DNA of 64,000 nucleotides from Setoptus koraiensis (Eukaryota; Animalia; Arthropoda): positions 10,230,001 through 10,294,000 of the forward strand of contig CM106585.1 in assembly GCA_048013815.1 (NCBI GenBank), in the 5' to 3' direction. The position numbers were made by a program, and so were the translations under genes. A model generated the notes under the pieces. The model searched no databases and had not been told where the DNA came from. It worked only from the letters and a program-made list of their open reading frames with translations. Shown piece by piece: positions 34,574 through 45,811 of the stretch (its first letter is position 1; each line of letters opens with the position of its first letter).

Positions 34574-36998
34574 GATGATGATGATGTTATTATTACAGGT
34601 ATTATTACAGTTCTTTAACGACAATGACAATAAGACAAGGGGCTATAATTAAGATACAATGTGATGTGATATATGATTATTACAACAATGGAAGTGCCTA
34701 AGGTAGGTCTATAATATGTATGATTTATGTATAAGATATTAGAGTGGGCAGGATTGTCAAACAATAAATGAAAGCAAAACTATGGAGTTATCAGCTAGAT
34801 ATATATACGCTGTGTGTAGTGTTGAAACTGAAGCGGGAGTGAGGTAGAAGATTTAGCACGCGTCTGACTAACGATTGGCTTCGGTTGGTACGGTTGTATA
34901 GCATGACTTAGCACATGCTGCATGTTCACGCAACTTTAACGCAATGCTGTAGAGCCGACTATATCCGGTAGGCGGCACTACAATTATTCAGTTGCTACGA
35001 AGCAGATACATTCTGTATGCCAGGCGCCATTTGTAGTCAGGTGAAATAATCAACAATTATGCACTTTGACAGCAGTTTTGCGTAGATGCCTTAGCATGAG
35101 GCACGACCTCTGGCGTTGACGCGCAAAAGCGCTAATTAAACCAACAGCTTGACATGCCGACCAATAGTGCACCCTGCTTCGTTGTACTGCGAACTCTAGG
35201 GCATGCCCAACTACCAAAGGGCACACACGTTTTTCGCCCCTTTGTACCCAAAAGAAGTGCAGTGCGTCGAACGCCTCACAAATTGCATGGTGTTGTCTAT
35301 GCTGAAGTTGTAGACAACACGCGGTGCACTTGAGAAGGCTTCTCGAATGCGCATGACTGATGCAAATTTGGAGCGAGTTTTAAATTATGAAAAAAAAAAA
35401 AATCGAAAACCTCGAGCAAAAGTGAAGGTCAAATGAATGCCTACATAGTCTACACACTATACTGTAGGTCAAATTTACAGTGGATAGACTTTTCACCAAC
35501 CCACAATAATTCGATATTCGACCAAATATCCGCTTTACCATGAGTACGTTCACCTATTACAATGCACAGTGTGGCAACGCTGGCAGAGTAACTTGGTTGG
35601 CGATTCGCAAGTTTTTGAAACGTAGCGAAGATTGTCGAAACTAATAGGTTGATCCGATTGGCTAACAGGTGAAGGGCTTGGGATGCGCAGATCAGATTCT
35701 GGCAACTGAGGATGGTTAGCTTTGGATTGCTATAGGCGGCTGAACTACCCGAAGTATCTGCCAGAGTGCCACTCGGTCCTCTTGAATGTTGAGTAAATTC
35801 TCTCAGAATGTTGAAATCGCATCATGTTTTCGAATCAGTCTAACTGCATCATGAGTACATATTGAACTTGGAAGTTGAGTGCATGCATGCTCTGCATCTG
35901 CAGCAAAATGCGCAATCAAATTACTTATGGCGGCATACATGTAATAAGCGAAGAATGCTGATTCCTATCGAGTTCTCCGCTCTCGATTCGTTTGATTACA
36001 GATCAACATTACTCCTTATATTAATAGAAGATATATTATTGTAGAGATTATACGCAAAAGAACTACCACAGGCGCGCAAGAAAGGGCCTATCAGCTAGTG
36101 TGTTCAACGGGGGTCTATTGAAAGTCCTACTGGCTCAAGGTCGAAAGGATGCAATCTCTTCTAGAGCTCAGTGAAAGTGAAGGTGGTTGTTCGGGACACA
36201 AGGAAACTCGATAGCTCGATCAAGTGAAAAAATGCAGCTTGACAGAGAGTAAATGTACGCGCAGGGTGTGGACTAAGGCGATCTTTTGATGAGGGGAATT
36301 GGGACAATCGACAATCGGGTATATTGATGATGAACGGTCACATTGACATTGTTGCTTTCAGTGACCAACTCGGACATGGGCAGTCTTGGGGAGGAACACC
36401 AAGGTAAAACAAATCCAAATGCATCATACTCTCACAGCTTGATATTTCTCACAATTCGACGAATCATAAATCAATTGTCTCTGGCAATAGTGAGACAGCC
36501 GATATCGACACCTTCTCGTCGCAACAACTTAAAGTCGCGCGTGATCTTGGCAATGATTTGAAACTCGCTCTAAGTACTGAGCTGAGTACTCATGCGCTGC
36601 TAGCTTGCCATTTGCCAAATCATCTTGCAAGCGCAAGTAATTACAGATTCACCCAAAGTCTCGTACTAGTGAACACATATGCTATACTCTGCCACCCTAG
36701 CATAGCTGGCTTGACATAGCAGTAGTTGTTTATTTTTTGATACTGTTTGTACTGTGTGACTGTCTGCACGCAGACTCACACCACCCCATCCAGATAGTAT
36801 AGTGGCAAGCTAGTTTTGCCACACTATCCACCCCTCTTTTGAGCAATGGTGCAAAAAACAAAAAGCAAAGCGTCGTTGTCCCACAAAAGCCCATCGCATA
36901 AAAGCTCGGCAAATTCTCGCACATCACCTATTAACATTCACAAACCAAAATCTTCAGCATCGACACTTTCAGTTAGTTCATCAGGACCTCTACCAAAA

Positions 36999-38215
36999 AT
37001 GGCTAATTTCAATTACTTGCCCCTAGAACGTCAAGCAGAGCTCAAGAAAACGGCCGAAGCCATTGTAGCGCCTGGCAAGGGCATTTTGGCGGCCGATGAA
37101 AGCACAGGTGAGTATATTATTACGTGACATGTTTATATATAATATTTGAGTTTTTCATACTACCCCATCTCTAACCAACTTACTAACGCACAATTTCCAT
37201 CTTAACAATACGCGATGCTCAAACATCTCTAGGTACCTTGGGTAAAAGATTTACCAAGATCAACCTTGAAAACACAGAGGCCAATCGCATCAAATACAGA
37301 CAACTATTGTTTACGGCGGACAAATCTATTGCGGAGCACATCAGCGGAGTTATTCTCTTCGATGAGACCGTATACCAGAAGGCCGACGATGGAACACCAT
37401 TCATCAAATTGCTCAATGACCGAGGCATCATACCAGGTATCAAAGTTGATACTGGTGTAGTTCCTCTGTTGGGAACGGACGAAGAAACAACCACACAAGG
37501 TCTAGACAAACTTGGCGAGCGTTGCGCTCAATATTACAAGAATGGCTGCCGTTTCGCCAAGTGGCGTTGCGTATTGAAAATAACTGACAGCTGCCCTAGC
37601 CCATTGGCAATATTGGAGAATGCCAACGTACTCGCTAGATACGCTTCAACATGCCAACAAAACGGTCTTGTACCCATTGTTGAGCCAGAGATTTTACCCG
37701 ATGGTTCGCATGATCTGGAGCGATCGCAGAAGGTCACAGAGAAGGTCTTGGCTGCCGTTTACAAGGCACTTAGCGACCATCATGTCTATTTGGAGGGAAC
37801 CCTTCTCAAGCCAAACATGTGTACGCCCGGCCAGAGTTGTACTAAACGATGCTCGCCCCAGGATGTTGCCAAAGCCACTGTAACGGCTCTACAACGAACT
37901 GTTCCTGCTGCTGTACCAGGAATCGTATTTTTATCAGGAGGTCAGTCGGAAGAGGACGCCTCTGTCAATCTGAGTGCAATCAATGAGTACCAAGGCAAGA
38001 AACCTTGGGCTCTGACCTTCAGCTATGGTCGCGCCTTGCAGGCCTCTACAATAGCTGCATGGAAGGGCAAGGACGAAAACGTCAAGGCGGCTCAAGAGGA
38101 GCTAATGAAAAGGGCCAAGGCAAACAGTTTGGCTTCAGTTGGAAAATATGTGCCAGGCTCCATTGCCAGCCTAGATGGTGGACAATCATTATTTGTTGCA
38201 AAACACTCTTATTAG
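36999..38215 (+). CDS. ALDO: Fructose-bisphosphate aldolase, class I (363 aa)
   Basis: join(36999..37107,37233..38215) with a 125-nt intron in [10 protein letters not shown]. Motifs [47 protein letters not shown]-terminal Y. Confidence 0.98.
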
Positions 38216-38600
38216 TTGTAAAGGGCTCACAGACTTGTTTACTCTAACTAAATCACAGTCTCTTGTTTTGTTAGATATTGAATATCTAGAGCTTGAAAAT
38301 ATTGAGTTTTAAGTATAATAAAATAGTTATCATGCCTTGCTGTGCACACCATCTATACTAGAGATATCTATTTGCCCCTGATGTAAACACAAATTTATCT
38401 AAGGTTGTTGTTGTGCAAACACTTTCTCCACCGACACTTTTTGGTCTCTCCTCGTGAACAAGTTACAATTGTAATCAAACATAGCCACGACCTACATGTT
38501 TTATCTCCCGGGATCTACATAAACAATAATATTCGCGTGCAGGTGATTGCTTTTTGACGTCAATGCTTATCAATGTTTACGGATTATCAAAATTACGTAC

Positions 38601-38640
38601 GAGATGTTGATATCAAGCGCGAAATTTGAGCATCCCAAAT
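38601..38640 (+). promoter_or_regulatory. 40-bp motif copy 1 (E2F/CDE-CHR-like), upstream of TXNDC15
   Basis: 31/40 identical to 40981-41020. Contains GCGCG-AAA-TTTGAG. Confidence 0.4.
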
Positions 38641-38979
38641 GTTCAATAATTAACAGATCGACAATACCAACTAACAGTTATGATGTAAAATATGTAAAAT
38701 ATGAAGTAGGAAATCCATTTCTCTGTCCAAGTCACGGAAGAAAAGATAAATAATAAAATTTTGCAATGGTCGCGATTGCAACATAAAGCCGTGCTGATCA
38801 TATGAGAAGATTTTCTCACTGACAAGCTCCATTATGTCTGTTCGGAAGGATCCTTTCTCAAGCCAACGAACATATGTTCGCCTGCTCAATGTTGCAAAAC
38901 AATGTGAACGATGCGAAAATCATTTGTTGCCTCTTAAAATGTTTAGTTTCTTCAACGAGACAGTGTCGAAGTGGTCAAC

Positions 38980-40272
38980 ATGAAATACAGAAAACGTCCG
39001 TCACCATGTGACAAATTTTTGAACATTTTATGTCTATCATTAGTGAGATTAGCATTAATACCTTTGATGGTACTAGGCGAACCAAGCCTAGAAATTCAGG
39101 AGATACAACACAATGATCAATCAAAGATTCAATTATCAGATGGTGAACTATACCAACTAGCTCAAGATTCAGACTTGCCATCCCTTGTAACCCATTCTAG
39201 CGATCAGCTATCTAAAACTCCACCAAATGTCGAAGCAAACCAAGAAATTATGGATACTGTCGAAAGTGAGACAGACAACACTATTATTGTTCCAGATGTC
39301 ACCGAAGTGAAAAATACAAGTTTCGCCCAGAATGATACTTCAAAAACAAAAGGTTCAAGACGAATCTACAAATGTAAAATGCCAAGAGAACCCAATTCAA
39401 AGGTTATAATACTAACTGCAAAGTCAGTTACAGATTATATCAATGCCGGAAGAAAGATCGAGAATAATGTGCCGCTGGGGAAGAATGAAACTTTATTAGA
39501 AGGTGGAATCAATGTTATATCGGAGGAGAAACTTCCATCCAATGACAGCGCTGTTAACATTGTGCAGAAAGAAGACGATTCATCCACTCTGAATAGCTCT
39601 GAGAGTCTTGATCATCCAGCGGATTATGGATCACCTAATGAGACTTTAGATCATGATCAGATTCTAATAGATGTCGATGGAACAAAACTGAAGATTGAGA
39701 ATGAGGAGGCGAATAACAAGCAAAATAAAAGTGAGGACGATAGTAATGATTCGGAGGGTAAATGTATTCTCATTTTGTTATACTACGATTGGTGTCCATT
39801 TAGCGCAGCGGCTGCAAAACACTATCATGCTATTGCAAGATTATTCCCCAGTATAACTGTCATGGCGCTGGACGCCTATGGATTAAATGGCCTCACTATG
39901 CGGTACGGTATGATTAGCGTTCCGACAATTTTGTTCTTTTTTGATGAAAAGCTTGTTCAACGTTACAATGAGTCAGAGATAACGGTTGAACAGATGGCTA
40001 AATTCATACATCACTTAACGCTGATCGAACCTAAAGATGAGGTCAAGTTGATAGAACAAGACAACCATGGACCATTGCCCACAGAACCAGTAAGTCATGT
40101 TGATTATGTACTTATACTAGCCTGTTTGTTTCACATTCCATTGGCAATGTATTATATTCCAAGGACACGACTTTTTAGAAAACTGATAGAATTTTTTAGA
40201 TATATTACTCAAGCAGCGAGAACCCACACGACTACTGTTCACCAGCAGCGACCTCGTGAACACTTTGATTAA
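38980..40272 (+). CDS. TXNDC15: Thioredoxin domain-containing protein 15 (430 aa), intronless
   Basis: Signal peptide, long acidic linker, atypical single-Cys Trx motif CILILLYYDWCPFSAAAA, VPTILFF, C-terminal TM. ATG at 38980. Confidence 0.85.
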   Translation: MKYRKRPSPCDKFLNILCLSLVRLALIPLMVLGEPSLEIQEIQHNDQSKIQLSDGELYQLAQDSDLPSLVTHSSDQLSKTPPNVEANQEIMDTVESETDNTIIVPDVTEVKNTSFAQNDTSKTKGSRRIYKCKMPREPNSKVIILTAKSVTDYINAGRKIENNVPLGKNETLLEGGINVISEEKLPSNDSAVNIVQKEDDSSTLNSSESLDHPADYGSPNETLDHDQILIDVDGTKLKIENEEANNKQNKSEDDSNDSEGKCILILLYYDWCPFSAAAAKHYHAIARLFPSITVMALDAYGLNGLTMRYGMISVPTILFFFDEKLVQRYNESEITVEQMAKFIHHLTLIEPKDEVKLIEQDNHGPLPTEPVSHVDYVLILACLFHIPLAMYYIPRTRLFRKLIEFFRYITQAARTHTTTVHQQRPREHFD

Positions 40273-40554
40273 TCTGATTGATTATGAGCATTGTTGTTTT
40301 TCTCGCGAATGAATACATTAATAAACTAAAGTTACAAATGTGAGATACTTACTTAAGATATGGTCAAATTAATTGAGAGAGATCATCAGAAAGAAAATGT
40401 TTGTTGCGCTCTAGATCAATTAGTGGACAGCTATGATTTGGTGAAAAACACTCATTAGCTATGTAGAACTGTCCGTATTAATTGTTCAAAGCGTATAGAG
40501 GAGGCTCTTCTTTTGTCAAATACATGAAATTTAAGTATAATAAATTAGTCATCA

Positions 40555-40878
40555 TCATGCCTTGTGCATATTATCACCACTTAGGGCATCTTTTTGCTTC
40601 TGAAGAAAACACCAATCGACTTTGATATTTTGTTGAAGAATGTCAGTGTTGTTCAGAGCATTTATGGCGTCTCTTGCTGACTTGTAATTGTCATATTCTA
40701 CGAGGGCGTATCCCTTGAGGTACCCGGTCCTTCTGTCAACATTCAGATGTAAATTTTTAATATTACCAAATTCGCTAAACCTTACTTGTATGTCCTCTTC
40801 GCTGGCCTCCTCGTGAACACCAGAAACAAAAATGATCCATCCCTCAATCGATTTCTGGGGCTGTCTTTCTTGGTCCAT
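40555..40878 (-). CDS. RBM8A: RNA-binding protein 8A / Y14 (exon junction complex), apparently reduced to the RRM (107 aa from ATG 40878)
   Basis: [50 protein letters not shown] is diagnostic of Y14. The 5' end is uncertain (alternative ATG at 40914 or a short upstream exon). Confidence 0.88.
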   Translation of the reverse strand: MDQERQPQKSIEGWIIFVSGVHEEASEEDIQVRFSEFGNIKNLHLNVDRRTGYLKGYALVEYDNYKSARDAINALNNTDILQQNIKVDWCFLQKQKDALSGDNMHKA

Positions 40879-40980
40879 TATAAAATATAGATAAAATAAG
40901 GACGATATCCACATGCAGTTGATTACTTCTATGTAAGTCAGACATGGTTGTTCATCATTGTTTATGAATTATCAACACGA

Positions 40981-41020
40981 AAGATGTTGATATCGGGCGC
41001 GAGATTCGAACGCCCCAAAA
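40981..41020 (+). promoter_or_regulatory. 40-bp motif copy 2 (E2F/CDE-CHR-like), upstream of RBM8A
   Basis: Contains GGCGCG-AGA-TTCGAA. About 100 bp 5' of the RBM8A ATG, in reverse orientation relative to the gene. Confidence 0.4.
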
Positions 41021-42755
41021 GCAAAAAATGCTGATAAAATTGACCCTCTGATGTGAGAAATATACGAGAAATAGGACAAGATGATCCTTATCTCGTGTCC
41101 TTACAGGGCTTTCTTGACCTCTCGGGAAGGGCAAATTTTCAAGCTTCAGAAATCGCTACAATAAAACCCAGGGACAAAAAAAAGACATCGATCGCACGAA
41201 TGGAGAACCGATGGTCATCAGAGCAGTCACTTGGATTACTTTGTAGCCCTTGAATTATATAAAGGTATCATGTTATTGTGTTTTCATTGTCATGGTCAAT
41301 ATGAATGATTGATGATTAATGGTTAGGAATTTCAAGAGGAACGATTCTAGCTACAATATTTCATAGAGCATACACATAATTAGATAAATTTAGCTTACTG
41401 GTGGAAACAGAACAGCGCTCTAGCTCCCGGCCAACAACTGTAATCTTGAATTCAACATATATGTGTATTATTATGTAATAAATGGTGGAAACCTCTGTAA
41501 ACAGTTCAATTTTTTAAGCCTACATTGCCACAATACTTGACGTCAAATCTACGAACTAGAGAGGACATTAATACTGGAATACACAAATCTAGTAGTAGCA
41601 TTAATGCAAACAGAAGAGACTGCCTAGATCAGCAAGGCGGAATTACGCAAACCTACAGACTTCTTAGCTTGTGCATCATTTGCATGAGCTATATGGTGTA
41701 TAGTTTTGAATATTAATATACAGTGATATAGTTTTTTTTTCACCAAGTTCACTGGAGCTTCACAAGATGAATATTGAAGATAATGTTTAAGTTTGACAGC
41801 GAAGAAAATGAATCATAGAGAGCGCATCCCTGGAAAGAAATTAGAACCCTCCCCTAATTTGCGTAAACCACTCTCATTCTCTATGGGTGACAAATATTGG
41901 CAAGCTAAAGTTAGCAAAAAAACGTATACTACATAATAATAAATGTTTGAGAGAGCTGGCTAGAAAAACAGGATGAAGTAATGATAAGAGAATGAGCAGA
42001 ATGAAGAAGAAGAAAATTTAAGACTATAGCGCCAAAAATCTACTACAGTTTTGTAGTATATGTCTACAAAAATAAGTACTGTAGGGTTGCTCATTTATAT
42101 TGTAGTCTCTCGCTCTTACTACAAATGTATGAATAATATCAGAAGTAGTGCAAACTAGCACTGTAGTTATGCAAGGATCATCATCGTAGATATTAACAGA
42201 TGCCACAAGCGACTTGAAATAACATCATGTATTAACATCATCTGCTGATCACTTGCGCGGCCATATACACAATATACTACAAGATATAATTATATGTATA
42301 TATGTAATAGTATAGCACATATAAATATAAAATGAGCAGTGATTCAGATCACAAGTGAGTGACGAAAAAGAAGGCCGTGAGGAGAGACTGTTAAACTAGT
42401 TGAAGCCCCCTCCATGATTTCTCAAATAGTAACAATAAACAAACAAAGATAGTTACAACAAGTAGTAAGAAACGGTGCCCTCGTTGAGGTTTTTATCGGT
42501 CAACCACAATCGTCACAATCAAACATATATTATCAAGCTCACAACAATTAGTGTATTTAGAGGAAAGAGAGAGGGCTAACTGAAAAATATCTCATCATTT
42601 AATCAAAGCCATTCCTTCGTTTAAAGACACACTAGAAACAATTATTGATTGAGGAGGGCACTAGTTTCAATTGATTGATTCTCTAATTGATTGATTTTAA
42701 AAACATCACTCTACCTCGATAATTATCAAGATTCATAAATATTTATTTGAAGGCA

Positions 42756-45700
42756 ATGACAGAATCCAACAATATCAACGACATCAACCAGAACGATAGT
42801 GTATTGGTGACTCAAAATCAAACTAGATGCCTCGAGAATACTCAAAATGATAACCATAATGGGCCAGACGATGAAACGTTAACGAGGCAACATGAGGAAC
42901 AAATACAAACTAATCAAGCAACAATTGATGAGCCTCAGCTGTGTCAAAATGAGCAACTGAATCACATTCACCCAAACCAATTAGAGCAACATGATGATAC
43001 TAATCAACAAAGTGATGATGTTTTCAATAAAATACCTATCACCTTCAACGAAACGAGATCATCCGACACGATTGATAGCGAAAGCCTTCTTGATTCGGTT
43101 GTTAACTTGATACATTTCAATGATTGTTACAATGTCGAACCCACGGAGGGCCAATCAAGTGGTGCCGCTGGATTCCTCACCGCGGTCAATGAATACCGTC
43201 ACTTAAATCCGCTTATTTTGTTTAGGTAAGTATACTATACTCACCAAGTCGATTGTCCTAATTATTTAATAATTATCGTTGACTATCACTTGACTAACAA
43301 CTACAGGCAATCTGATACTTACTAATTATTTCAACATGTACACTTCCATCACATTATGATACAACGTCATTGATACTTGCAAATAATCAAACAAATAACA
43401 ACAAACAGTGGAGACATATTATCGCCCTCCTTCAGTGAGTACTTCTAGACTAATCCTCTACATCATTCATCAGTCTTTTTACACAATTAGATTTGTTGAT
43501 ATGTTGAATTGAACCACTTTTAGATCGACTATCTAGTTATTATTTGAACAACAAGTAACACTTGTTGCTACTCGACTGATCACTAATTACTTTTCTATCT
43601 ATCAAAAACAATACATTTTCTCATATTACCATACACTCAACAATAACAAACAAACACAGTGAGCACCTTTACCAAAGGCGAACAGATGATACCGGTACTA
43701 AACGATATTGGAGTTGATTGTGCTGTCTTTGGTAACCACGAATTTGGTAAGCTATCACTATCAAGGCATGATAGAGAGAGTGAGAGAGAAAGAGAGAGAT
43801 TGAAAGACAATTATGACATCAGACTAATAAACCTTTTCTAGTGTCTACTGAAGGTCTTAGATTATGGCGATGGTATCATATCTGTTATCTCTCACATCAC
43901 TTATCTATCATTTAAATTATCTATTGTTTCCTTACTCATCACTCTCAATTATTATTATCTATTTTATTCTATTTTTGTTTGTATTCAACTACGTCATCGT
44001 ACTACGACGGATCCTTCAATGAAAAACCGATTGTAAACTTGTTTTTTCTCTATAAACAACAAACATCTCGAATGATATGATCGGACGATTCTTTACCATT
44101 AGATTACGGTGTTGATAATCTGATTTCATTTGTGCAAAAAACAAACTTTCCATGGCTGTTAAGCAATGTCATTGACAAAGAAACAAACAATCAGCTTGGC
44201 GATGGAGAGGTTTACAAAATCTTTGAAAGGAATGGATTGAAAATTGGCCTTATCGGTCTAATAGAGGAGGAATGGCTATCGACATTATCCACATTAGATC
44301 CATGCGACGTTATTTATAAAGATTTTAGTGACGAGGGTCGTCGCTTGGCCAAATGGCTAAAAGAGGAACTACATGTAGACTATGTTATTGCCCTAACACA
44401 TGCCAGAACTCCAAACGATATCAAATTATCTGATTCTGTGCCTGAAATCGATCTCATACTAGGTGGTCATGATCACGTCTATGAGATTATAAAACGGCCA
44501 AATAATTATATAATAAAGTCTGGCACAGATTTCAGAGAATTCTCCAAGATTCAGTTAGTTTTGAATGAGAATTATGTTAGGCCAGAAAGTTCTGTTGCCG
44601 CAGGATGCAATGAAACAGCAATGAGTCCAATCAAAGAGATAAGAATCACTCGAGTCTATTGTTTGGGTCATGAGGAGGATTTCGCTTTGAAGATGAAATT
44701 GAAAAAGTTTCAGACTACCATTGATGAAAAAATGAGCCACGTACTCGGTCAGTTTAACTGTGATCTAGATGGTACCTTCTCTAGCATACGGACAGGGGAA
44801 ACAAACTTGGGAAATTTCGTCACTGATATTATGCTTGGTTCAACTCACGCGGATTTGGCCATATTGAACTCAGGCACTCTGAGGAGCGATCGTATCCACA
44901 GCAAAGGAGATTTCACTATGAGGGACTTGTTCTCCATTCTCGGTTAGTATATTATAACGGTATTTAGGACCGTATGCTGATGACATTAGCTGTCACCATT
45001 TTCCTAACTATTCCAATATATTTTTCTTTGCTCTTTCGAACTAGGTTACATAGATCCAATAGCTGTGCTTCTGGCAACTGGCCACCAAATATGGAGGGCC
45101 CTGGAGAATGGTGTTTCGCAATATCCCAAATTGGAGGGAAGATTTCCTCAGGTCTCAGGCTGTAGTTTTGAATTCGATCCAAGCAAGCCATCAGGAAAGA
45201 GAATAAATCCCGAGACAATTTACATTGGCGATGAACCGTTAGATTTGAACAAAAGTTATAAATTGACCACCAAGGCCTATCTGGCTCAAGGTAAAGACGG
45301 TTACGATGTACTCAAAGATTGTAAGATTCTCATCCCTGGTGATGAATCGCCAGATCTAACAACATCTATACTGAATCATTTCGAGTCTATAAGGATCATA
45401 AAATCTAAAAAACGAACTCATCATAGACAAAGTCTTGTTTGTGTCAGTCGTTCATCATTGTTGAAAATGATTGAAAATTTAAAACAACAAGATGTACCAT
45501 TATATTCTTCTACAAAAGCTGCTGACACAGACAGTAGTACTAATCAGCAATTAGTATCGCATGATACTAATTGTCATACGCCACCATCGAATAACAACTA
45601 CATCCATTGTAACAACAACATCAATAATGCTGACGATCATCCTATAGTGCGTAATGGTAACGCAAATAATGATGTCGAAATGATAGATAAGTTGAGTCCG

Positions 45701-45811
45701 TTGCCAAAAAAGTTGCCCAAACGCGCTCTTTCAATTGATCAAATGGAATATGAACAATGCAAGCTCGAGCCTAAAATCGAGGGTAGGATTAGAATAGTTG
45801 GGAAAAATTGA
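42756..45811 (+). CDS. Cytosolic 5'-nucleotidase-family metallophosphoesterase (CG11883-like), 729 aa
   Basis: join(42756..43225,43409..43434,43660..43746,44103..44942,45045..45811) keeps frame and rebuilds the metal motifs HFNDCYN, SGDILSP, GNHEFD, ALTH and GGHDH, plus the 5'-NT C-terminal domain (ETNLGN, NSGTLR, GRFPQVSG). No signal peptide. Includes a 26-nt micro-exon. Confidence 0.9.

Noticed and set aside
40995-41020. GTTCGAATC on the minus strand resembling a tRNA T-loop/B-box
   Set aside because: No cloverleaf, D-arm or acceptor stem can be built, and the paralogous copy at 38601 does not keep the pairing.
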